Source of the DNA: Macrostomum lignano
Lineage: Eukaryota
Assembly (NCBI GenBank): GCA_002269645.1
Contig: NIVC01004673.1
Span: 1 to 38,475, forward strand
Length of the DNA stretch: 38,475 nucleotides
Direction: 5' to 3'
The translations under genes and the position numbers were made by a program. A model generated the notes under the pieces. It searched no databases and was not told where the DNA came from. It worked only from the letters and a program-made list of their open reading frames with translations. Positions 11,306 to 20,387 of this stretch are shown piece by piece; position 1 is the first letter of the stretch; each line of letters begins with the position of its first letter.

Positions 11306-11357
11306 GCAAAATCCATCCAGTGTTTATAAATCGCAGGAGGCTGAGTTATTCACTAAC

Positions 11358-11960
11358 CATTATTGCTTTCATCGTCCAGAACGATCACTTCGTGCAGCAG
11401 ATGAGGCGGCGACCGATTGAAAATGCTGTACAGTGTGCGGCGAAGGGTCGACTTGGCCTCGTTATAGAAGCAGATAATAACTGATGCGGTTAAGTTATCG
11501 TAGGACTGAGAATTGGCGTAGTAAGACTTGGACTGGCAGGCGGGTCCCTGGTGTCCGGCACTAATCTCTGCAAGCTGAGCCTATCGCTTAGAAACGCATT
11601 AAACGAATGCTGATGAAATGCTTTGTTATATTCCGCTCGCTCTTCCGGTGTTTTAGGAAAGATTTTTAAGCTGGGATTTAACAATGGATTATTGCTGCTA
11701 CCCGGGTTAGACTTCCAGTACAGTTTCAAGTTGATTGACAGGTTCCAGTAGCACAGCAGGCAGATTAATGTGAGCAAAACTAGCAAAACTAATTTGAGCA
11801 CAACGCCTAATCTCAATCTGACGCGCATTAAACAGCATGGCGCAATGGTCACTGATGAAGAGCAGACGCTGCGCCAGTAGCGCCAGAATAGGCCGCCTCG
11901 GTTTTTGGGACTCGCCGAACTTTGCTGGCGATGTTGATGCGACTGCTGCGACCGGAGCAT
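11358..11960 (-). CDS. GALNT11: GALNT11-like exon 1 (type II membrane anchor, stem, start of catalytic domain)
   Basis: Hydrophobic [22 protein letters not shown] after a basic tail (alternative start ATG at 11828), then [23 protein letters not shown]. After a 1-nt shift near 11540: [52 protein letters not shown] is typical of GALNT11. Donor AATG|gttagt at 11357. Confidence 0.9.
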
Positions 11961-12440
11961 TCGGGCTGAAGTTGGCAGGCCGGTAGGGAGACTCCAGTTA
12001 TGCTGGGGATTCAGTCTTAGTAGGAAGGGGCAGAATTGCTGTCAGCGCTGGCCGAAGCCAGGGTGCCCACAACTAACTGTAGCTAACCATACGCTCGGAA
12101 CTACTATAATTGCCTTTAAAAAGTCGAATTTTAACTTCCGGAATAAAAACCTGCTACATCAAACTAATGAAAACTTTTTTTTATGGAATCAGCAAAAAAG
12201 GCTAATTAAAGGAAGCTATAAATTACTTTATAACCTCATTAGTTCATTTTAGTAAATTCATTATTAACGTAATTTTATCAAATACAAAGACGAAAAATTG
12301 TAATATATCTTTCCAAATAGATTGATATAAGAAATACTTCATATTACTTAGTGCCTTGTACGACTGAAACCTAGAAAATTAAGTAGAAATTCAATATAAA
12401 AAATCGTCGTCGTAGTACTCAAAACAATGGAACTTAAAAT

Positions 12441-12664
12441 TGTGCGTACATTGGGGCAGGAACTGTTTACCGGGCAGGCTGGGTCTGGGGTGTGCGTACA
12501 TTGGGGCAGGAATTGTTTACCGGGCAAGCTGGGTCTGGGGTGTGCGTACATTGGGCAGGAATTGTTTACCGGGCAGGCTGGGTCTGGGGTGTGCGTACAT
12601 TGGGGCAGGAATTGGTTAGCGGGCAAGCTGGGTCTGGGGTGTGCGTACATTGGGGCAGGAATTG
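12441..12664. repeat. 50-bp minisatellite, ~4.5 copies
   Basis: GTGTGCGTACATTGGGGCAGGAATTGTTTACCGGGCAGGCTGGGTCTGGG repeated. Confidence 0.95.
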
Positions 12665-13319
12665 ATCAATAAATTAGTAAGAACTCGCTAAAATATTAAA
12701 CTACTACGGGATTATCTCCCCATTCTACATAAACAACAGCCCATATTTACTCGTGTAGCACAGCGTGTATATTATTGTTGCACGGAATTAAACAAAAATG
12801 AACTGCAAGAATTATTTCAAAGGAATGTACAAACTAGCTCAACATTATTAATCGTAGTTATTAGCAAAATATGAGTAATATATTCAGCGAAAAAAGATGA
12901 AAAAATGGAAGACGACGTTGCAAAAGTCCAATTAAAAAGGTGGAAACATTCTCTGGAGTTCAGAAAGATTCATTAAGAAAGTAAGTGCAACAAGAAAATA
13001 AGTTTAAAGATTACTTGATAGAAACAAATTTGTAGTAAAATAGCAACATTGTAGAGGTTGGTCCAGTGGGCCTTAACCAAAGGTGTACACGCTTATACTT
13101 TGAACGCTTTTAGACTGACGATTGAACAGCAGATATGATGAGGAATACAGTGGCATTCGTTGGCCTTCAATTTTTTAGTTTTTGAAAATTAGAATAAAAC
13201 TTCGAATTTATTCTGATCGAAAATACAAGTTTTAATACTATTTCTGAAACTATTGCCACGTACACGAATAAAAAAATCAGCGAAGTTGGCCGAATTTAAT
13301 CTGCTATGATGAGAATGCA

Positions 13320-13873
13320 AGGATCTGGGAGGCTGGCAGCCCAGCAACGGAGGATCTGGGAGACTGGCAGCCCAGCAACTGAGGATCTGGGAGGCTGGCC
13401 CAGCAACTGAGGATCTGGGAGGCTGGCAGCCTAGCAACTGAGGATCTGGGAGGCTAGCCCAGTAACTGAGGATCTGGGAGGCTGTGGCCCAGCAACTGAG
13501 GATCGGGAGGCTGGCAGCCCAGCAACTGAGGATCTGGGAGGCTGGCAGCCAGCAACTGAGGATCTGGGAGGCTGGCAGCCCAGCAACTGAGGATCTGGGA
13601 GGCTGGCAGCCCAGCAACTGAGGATCTGGGAGGCTGGCAGCCCAGCAACTGAGGATCTGGGAGGCTGGCCCAGCAACTGAGGATCTGGGAGGCTGGCCCA
13701 GTAACTGAGGATCTGGGAGGCTGTGGCCCAGCAACTGAGGATCGGGGAGGCTGGCAGCCCAGCAACTGAGGATCTGGGAGGCTGGCAGCCCAGCAACTGA
13801 GGATCTGGGAGGCTGGCATCCAGCAACTGAGGATCTGGGAGGCTGACAGCCCAGCAACTGATGATCTGGGGTC
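13320..13873. repeat. 31/28-bp minisatellite (CTGAGGATCTGGGAGGCTGG[CAG]CCCAGCAA)n
   Basis: About 18 copies; same family as 17751-18215. Confidence 0.95.
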
Positions 13874-13993
13874 CCCCTCAAAATATCAGTGAGCCAATTT
13901 TCTATTTAATTTATCGGCACTTTTTGTTATCACTTTTGCTCATCTTCAGGGTGAATCCCAACCTACTCTTCAATGCCGAATAAAAAGACAAGC

Positions 13994-14679
13994 TCAGTCA
14001 AAATCAAGCAAAGAGCCGGAAGCGCTCATATAGACTGTATCGATAATGACGCTGGTCAGCGGGTCCAGTTCCGACCGAGGCAGAGCCTCTACCTCGCTCA
14101 GCATCACAACCGGAGCGTGCTGACTGACCAACTCCTGTCGATTCTGTGCCGGAAAAGATGAAAAAGAATTCGAGGCAGATTTTGAAGAGTCCAACTGAGA
14201 CTGCGGAGCATTGTCCGGCTCCAAGTCAATGAGGACGGCGGCTGCCCGGGTTGGAAGCTTTTGCTTCGGTGAAGACTCCGAATGGATGGCAACTGGCGGC
14301 GACAGGAAAGCGCTAAAGCGTGAGCGCACGCGGACTGACCCGGTTGAGAAGCCAATTCAAGCATGCCAGCTAGATAAGACTCGAACTCGTGACGTTTAGT
14401 ATCGGGTCCAGACAGTCTGCTAGGCAGTCTTGGCTGCGGAACAGAAGGATTCAATGACAGCGAATGCCGGCGAGTCTGCCTGTGCAGCGACTCGAACTCG
14501 GCGAACAGTTTCTCCAGATTGTAGGCCGGCTGGCCGGGCCGAGCGACCCGGAGTTGATACAGAGTTGGCGCCGATTTCAGACGCGACACGGCCGGGTGAT
14601 TCGGTGGCGCCTTACGGTAGCCTGGCACTGTGACTCGAGTGCCAGGCAAGCCGCTGGGGTCCAGCTGATGATTATGATG
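13994..14679 (-). CDS. PX-domain-like protein with two clathrin-box motifs (one frameshift near 14355; no in-frame ATG before the domain)
   Basis: Acceptor ccctcag| at 14680-82 opens HHNHQLDPSGLPGTRVTVPGY..LYQLRVARPGQPAYNLEKLFAEFESLHRQ..PQPRLPSRL..KRHEFESYLAGML. This follows the PX pattern (..EF..LH..L; P.LP; RR..LE.YL). Restoring one A gives EIGFSTGSVRVRSRFSAFL and joins ORF 13994-14329, ending ..LIDLE..SLLDFD-stop. Domain call is by motif recall only. Confidence 0.55.
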
Positions 14680-14744
14680 CTGAGGGTGACCAATTTATTC
14701 ATGTTTGACAGATGTAGGACCTATTAATACCTATTAAAAAGGAT

Positions 14745-15707
14745 TAATGATCAAGCACCGCTAATCCCAGGTACCTTTAAATGATGGAGCACCGCTATTC
14801 CCAGGTACCTTTAAATGATGGAGCACCGCTAATCCCAGGTACCTTAAATGATGGAGCACCACTAATCCCAGGTACCTTAAAATGATTGAGCACCGCTAAT
14901 CCCAGGTACCTTAATGATCAAGCACTGCTAATCCCAGGTACCTTAATGATAAAAGCACTGCTAATCCCAGGTACCTTAATGATCAAGCACTGCTAATCCC
15001 AGGTACCTTAATGATCAAGCACTGCTAATCCCAGGTACCTTAATGATAAAAGCACTGCTAATCCCAGGTACCTTAATGATCAAGCACTGCTAATCCCAGG
15101 TACCTTAATGATAAAAGCACTGCTAATCCCAGGTACCTTAATGATAAAAGCACTGCTAATCCCAGGTACCTTAATGATCGAGCACTGCTAATCCCAGGTA
15201 CCTTAATGATCAAGCACTGCTAATCCCAGGTACCTTAATGATAAAAGCACTGCTAATCCCAGGTACCTTAATGATAAAAGCACTGCTAATCCCAGATACC
15301 TTAATGCTGGAGCACCGCTAATCCCAGGTACCTTTAAATGATGGAGCACCGCTATTCCCAGGTACCTTAATGATCAAGCATCGCTAATCCCAGGTACCTT
15401 AATGATGGATCACCGCTAATCTCAGACACATTTATGATGGAGCACCGCTAATCCCAGGGAACTTATGATTGAGCACCGCTAATCCCAGGGAACTTATGAT
15501 TGAGCACCGCTAATCCCAGGCACCTTAATGATTGAGCACCGCCAATCCCAGGCACCTTAATGATTGCGCACCGCCAATCCCAGGCACCTTAATGATTGCG
15601 CACCGCCAATCCCAGGCACCTTAATGATTGCGCACCGCCAATCCCAGGCACCTTAATGATTGAGCACCGCCAATCCCAGGCACCTTAATGATTGAGCACC
15701 GCTAATC
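14745..15707. repeat. 32/33-bp minisatellite (AAGCACTGCTAATCCCAGGTACCTTAATGATC)n, ~29 copies
   Basis: Read directly; variant blocks at both ends. Confidence 0.95.
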
Positions 15708-16234
15708 CTCATGTATTTTTACAAAGTATCGCAAATACACTAATCGTGAAAAAAGTTGTAAAGAAATTTAAAATCTGTCAATTATATTGATAATATTAAT
15801 AAGCTACTATGAATAAAAAGGAATTTACATAGTTAATTTTTATTAAATAGTATAGTGGGTACAAAACAAAGTGCGTTGAAATTTTTAAGTAACAAAGAAT
15901 TTAGAAGTTTATGCTCGTATTTTTAAAACTGGCTGTTAAGAATGAACGACAGTTGAAAATGATCTTTGAGAGAAATAAAGGTTATAAAATTATACTTATC
16001 CGTAACTCAGTAAACAAACCAAAGGCGATATATCAGGACTCGGAACACATTTCTTACAAAAAGATAGAATGTGATGGCACAGCTCAAAACCCGAAAACAG
16101 TGGCAAGGACGAAGAACTGTCCTTGACAACTCCGGTTGTCAATCGAAAATACAAATAAAATTATAGCTCAGAGCTATTCTGAAGAGATTCTAACGATTGA
16201 TAAGTCGACAGGGTGCGGTAAAATGTTTGATGAG

Positions 16235-17143
16235 TCAGTAATCGGTGAGCTTGCTCTTAGGCTGAGGCAGACGCTTAGTTTCCATCATCATCTCGTAGTC
16301 GTAGAAAGACAAGTCGTCAAACACAAAGTACTCAGTGTTCTTGTAGTCAAGAGACTTGTCCACTGAATCAATGCTGGCCGAAAATTTGCCCAAATAGATA
16401 CGACTTGAGTCCGATAAGGCGCCTGAAGTAGCGGATAGACTGCCGCTTGCTGACGTATTTGAACCCGATGCACTTCCGGTACGTCCGGTTGTTGGTGGTT
16501 TTGAAGCTGGTGGACTTCCGGTAGTTGGTGGTTGCGAAGCTGGTGGACTTCCGGTAGTTGGTAGTTTCGAAGCTGGTGGACTTCCGGTTAATGGCTTCGA
16601 ATTAGACTGACTTTCTGGGGAAGACGGCTTGGAACCGGAAGGACTTCCGGAATCTGGCTGCTTTGAACCAATCGAAGAACTTTCTGTCAATCCTTTTGTT
16701 GCTTTCGCGGCCACACCAGCGGCAGCAGCGGCAAAAATGCCACCACCATCAAAACCCCCTTTAAGTCCAGTTTTAGTGGACGATCCCGACACGGACTTTT
16801 GCGTTGGGCCGGAATCCGAACCAGCCTCCTCCGATTCGCTATCCGAATCTGACGAAGAAGAGTCGCTATCGGAGTCGCTATCGCTATCAGACGAAGACGA
16901 ATGCGTTGGAGTCGAAGATTTCGAAGAGAAGAACCTGACACTCGGACTGACTTGAACCGATCGGGTTGACGACAAAGCTACTGGTTGAGCATAGCGACAC
17001 GAGTGACGCAAAATTAAAGAGGAAGTTTTCGTTAACGTCGGAAGAAGAGACACCCAACCGAGTCTCTGGGTCAGGTCCTGCCAAACGAGCACTTGAAACA
17101 ATTGAAGAGATCATTGAGACGCAGTCGCCCTGTGTCTGGCTGG
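16235..17143 (-). CDS. NDUFV3: NDUFV3-like mitochondrial complex I accessory subunit, long low-complexity form
   Basis: Presequence-like Arg/Ser/Leu-rich N-terminus ending VRFFSSK, an SDSDSD tract, a P/S/T linker, and C-terminal DYKNTEYFVFDDLSFYDYEMMMETKRLPQPKS. The C-terminus fits the NDUFV3 motif (YKN.EYF.Y...SFYD.E.EM.K.RLPQPS in invertebrates, YKNLQHHDY..F.D...LSKFRMPQPS in mammals). The start needs a frameshift fix near 17075. Strong acceptor tttgtttcag| at 17144-46. Confidence 0.7.
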
Positions 17144-17750
17144 CTGAAACAAACAAATAAAATAATTAAAAGGTTTTACCGCAAGGCAGTTTTATAAACA
17201 AGTGCGGTATAGGTTTGAACGAAAACCTAGCATTTAAAAACACTCTTCAAAAACTTACAATGTCAAAAATGATTCCGGAATCAGCAACTTGTTTGAAATG
17301 CCAAATCCTTATTCAATTTTTAAGGAATAGTTGCTTTATTTCAAAAATAGCCATCACAGTAATTAAAGTACAAGAGTTGGGCGCATGCCAGGTTAGTAAG
17401 TGCAGCTTTGACAATCTAAATTGAAATGCAATTAAGTTACATCAGCGAAATGTTCAATTTTCTACCCCAAAACCAGATGGTCGACAAATTTCAGATTTGA
17501 GAAAAGTTGACCACTGGTTTCCGGGTTGAAACTTTAACATGTAGCTGAGAGCATATCCACATGATTTGCTATCTCAACCAACTGCACAATATATGCAACA
17601 AGAATCAAAAGTTTCAGTTTTTGTCAAGCGAACTTTTTTTTGGTATAGTTGATTATGAAACATAACAAAACACATACAGCTGGTAGCAACAAATATTTGC
17701 GAAAAAGAAAGCCTAGTAACTATGTAGTTTGACTCTGAACCTAAAGGCAT

Positions 17751-18215
17751 GGCTGAGCAACTGAGGATCTGGGAGGCTGGCCCAGCAACTGAGGATCTGG
17801 GAGGCTGGCCCAGCAACTGAGGATCTGGGGGGCTGGCCCAGCAACTGAGGATCTGGGAGGCTGGCCCAGCAACTGAGGATCTGGGGGGCTGGCCCAGCAA
17901 CTGAGGATCTGGGAAGCTGGCTCAGCAACTGAGGATCTGGGAAGCTGGCTCAGCAACTGAGGATCTGGGATGCTGGCTCAGCAACTGAGGATCTGGGAAG
18001 CTGGCTCAGCAACTGAGGATCTGGGAAGCTGGCTCAGCAACTGAGGATCTGGGAAGCTGGCTCAGCAACTGAGGATCTGGGAAGCTGGCTCAGTAACTGA
18101 GGATCTGAGAGACTGGCCCAGCAACTGAGGATCTGAGATGCTGGTGGCCCAGCAACTGAAACTGAGGGTCTGGGCGGCTGGCCCAGCAGCTGAGAATTTG
18201 GGAGGCTGGGAAGGT
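17751..18215. repeat. 28-bp minisatellite (CTGAGGATCTGGGAGGCTGGCCCAGCAA)n
   Basis: About 15 copies; same family and orientation as 13320-13873. Confidence 0.95.
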
Positions 18216-18244
18216 GTTAAACATGAACATAAAAACCAATTAAG

Positions 18245-18847
18245 CTACATTCTCAGCAGCCGCAGAGGCCGGGTCCAACGCTCAGTGAAGGCGAACCCAG
18301 CGGCAGACTCAGGCTCGGGGACTCCGCCAGCATCGCAGCTGCCGTCAACAATGAAGCCGAAGAAGTCGACGATGCAGAGGCACGGCCGCTGGGCCACCAG
18401 CTGATGACACAGCGGGTCCTGGATAGCGTTACAGTTGCGCAGGTCCAGGAAGCGCAGATCTGGCATGCGCTCCGGAACGAGCGGCAGCTGCTTGCCGGTG
18501 AGCTGATGAAGACCAACTAGACTCAACGAGCTCATCAGGCGACACGTGTCAAATAGCAGATCAACAGTCTTGTCGGTGATTTTCCAACACCAGTTGAGCA
18601 CTAGGATCTCTAGCCTATGACCGAAATTGGACACCAGATGATGCAGGCCTTCATCTGTGAGGCAGCGACACTCGGTGAGGTCAAGGTGAGTCAGGCTGGG
18701 GAAATGTCCAAACTGGCCAAGGCGATTGAATGCCTCATCGGAGATTCGATAGGCTTTGCGCAAAGTCAGGGACTCCAGGCAGCCAAGCTGGCTGATGCCA
18801 GAGTCCAGCAGTTCGTCGGAGACATCTTCGGCGAAGTCGCAGCAAAG
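18245..18847 (-). CDS. F-box/LRR protein exon 3 (cysteine-containing LRRs). Model: 20387-19987, 19406-19055, 18847-18245 = 451 aa, no frameshift
   Basis: atcag|CTT acceptor, phase 0. LESLTLRKAYRISDEAF, LTHLDLTECRCLTDEGL, LEILVLNWCWKITD, LRFLDLRNCNAIQD. Confidence 0.9.
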   Translation of the reverse strand, partial: LCCDFAEDVSDELLDSGISQLGCLESLTLRKAYRISDEAFNRLGQFGHFPSLTHLDLTECRCLTDEGLHHLVSNFGHRLEILVLNWCWKITDKTVDLLFDTCRLMSSLSLVGLHQLTGKQLPLVPERMPDLRFLDLRNCNAIQDPLCHQLVAQRPCLCIVDFFGFIVDGSCDAGGVPEPESAAGFAFTERWTRPLRLLRM

Positions 18848-19054
18848 CTGATTTGGGGATGATCGGGGATATAAAAATTTACATTGATATTTTGAGAATT
18901 TATTTACTAGACAATAATTCAAATATTCAGAAATACTGACTAGACTAGGCTTTTCTGATAAATATGGCCCATCAGTAAAAACCGCCTCCTTCTACTAGAG
19001 TAGTCCCTGGCACTATCATGGACAGCGACAAAGACAGGTATATAGCGCGCGCAC

Positions 19055-19406
19055 CATTCGCAAGCGCGAGCAGCTAGCCAGAGCCGGAGCCAGATGCCTC
19101 GACTCGCAACCGCTAGCATCAAGCACCACCCTCTCGAAGGTGTCTGTGCGGGACGTCAACAACAGGTTAAGCGCCTCGGGTGGCGTCGTGTTCTCATCTA
19201 AATTGATATAGCTCAGCTGAGTAAGCAGGCGACCAAGATGACCAGTAGTGGAATCGCAGGCTCGCCTGCAGTGGGCCAGACAGAGCGATTGAAGCCGAGG
19301 AAAAGATCTGGCTAGCGTTTCAACCAGCTCCGGTGTAAGCTGGTCGCTGCCGCTCAGATCCAGATGAAGCAGGTAACCACCAACTGGCTGACTGGATTGC
19401 ATGTGC
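19055..19406 (-). CDS. F-box/LRR protein exon 2
   Basis: cacag|G acceptor (phase 2). LLHLDLSGSDQLTPE, LQSLCLAHCR, LSYINLD. Donor ATG|gtgcgc joins RLRM to LCCDFAED in frame. Confidence 0.8.
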
Positions 19407-19986
19407 CTGTGTCTGACAGAACAGAGCGTGAGGGAATGTGCTCAGAGTGGATCACAGATACTAGAATAACTAGATGGGTGACGCAGCACATTTCCGCGTA
19501 AGCTACTTTCAGTTTAGTAGTAAGTTAAAAAGAAACATTTTCATGTATTTTTAAAGCCAAGGCTCATTAATTGGCTCTTACCCCCCAGGTTAAACCCTCC
19601 AACCGCGCCTTTCCACACGAATACGTTAGAGCCCACGCCCACCCCAATTTTAGTGCCTTTCTTGGAATTCCAGCCCAAAGCTGCTATGTATATTTCAGTA
19701 GACTGGCTAATGTACATTATTGCTGAACCAATTAGCAAGTTGTTTATGCCTGCAAGCTTGGGCTTCTAAACTTATCAAAGAAATTTCAGCTGCCTTTATT
19801 TTTATAAAATAGCTTATGTATTCTTTTTTGCTACTAAACTGAAATTAGAAAGCTGTTTTACTTTCTAGTTAAAGGAGGATAGACAATGCCAGAAAGAAAG
19901 ATAATTTATTATAATAAATTATTATATAAATGAAACAAGATGGGTAGAAGTATCATGTACAAACAGTAAATTAACAAGAGCTTTAC

Positions 19987-20387
19987 TCAATGCATAATCC
20001 TGCAAGAGCTTCTTTACTAGGTCTTAAATAGGCCAGCTGCAGATAGATTAGCCGTGGGCATCGGTGCAACACTTCACCAAAAATATCTGCAACATCATCT
20101 GATAATTCAGCTTTATCACAGGCCTGCCGACTCAAAATCAAAGTGCTAGCCAATGGTGCAAATCCAAGTAGCTGTCTCAAGTAGGATAATGATAAATGAC
20201 ACTGAGAATTAGTGAAATCAAGCTTTTGCCAAAACCTACTATTATGAGCAAGATGATAAAAATATTTATTAAGAGGTGCAACTTTATTTAATAGTTCTGG
20301 CAGGTCCAGGTATGCAAGTATCTGCAGCTGTATCATATATGGAAGATCAGTCAGAGTGACCAAGCCTTTACCAGACAAGCTTGTCAT
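19987..20387 (-). CDS. F-box/LRR protein exon 1 (F-box)
   Basis: LTDLPYMIQLQILAYLDLPELLNKVAPLNKYFYHLAHNSRFWQKLDF is an F-box pattern (LP..I..IF.YL....L...V......W). Donor GA|gtaaag at 19986. Confidence 0.9.

Noticed and set aside
8309-11329. Six long repetitive ORFs as a real protein gene
   Set aside because: They are translations of the 40-bp minisatellite, antisense within a GALNT intron whose flanking exons join in phase.
13189-13881. Repetitive ORFs here and at 12348-12672 and 17574-17956
   Set aside because: Minisatellite translations, open in several frames at once.
13973-14633. Plus-strand ORFs (MPNKKT.., 14211, 14430) as a gene
   Set aside because: Short and without recognisable motifs; the minus strand gives a coherent PX-like protein with an acceptor.
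16629-17160. Plus-strand acidic ORFs
   Set aside because: Antisense shadows of the NDUFV3-like frame.
421-18215. Arrays of 19-50 bp repeats as CRISPR arrays
   Set aside because: Units are head-to-tail with no unique spacers, there are no cas genes, and the context is eukaryotic introns and spacers.
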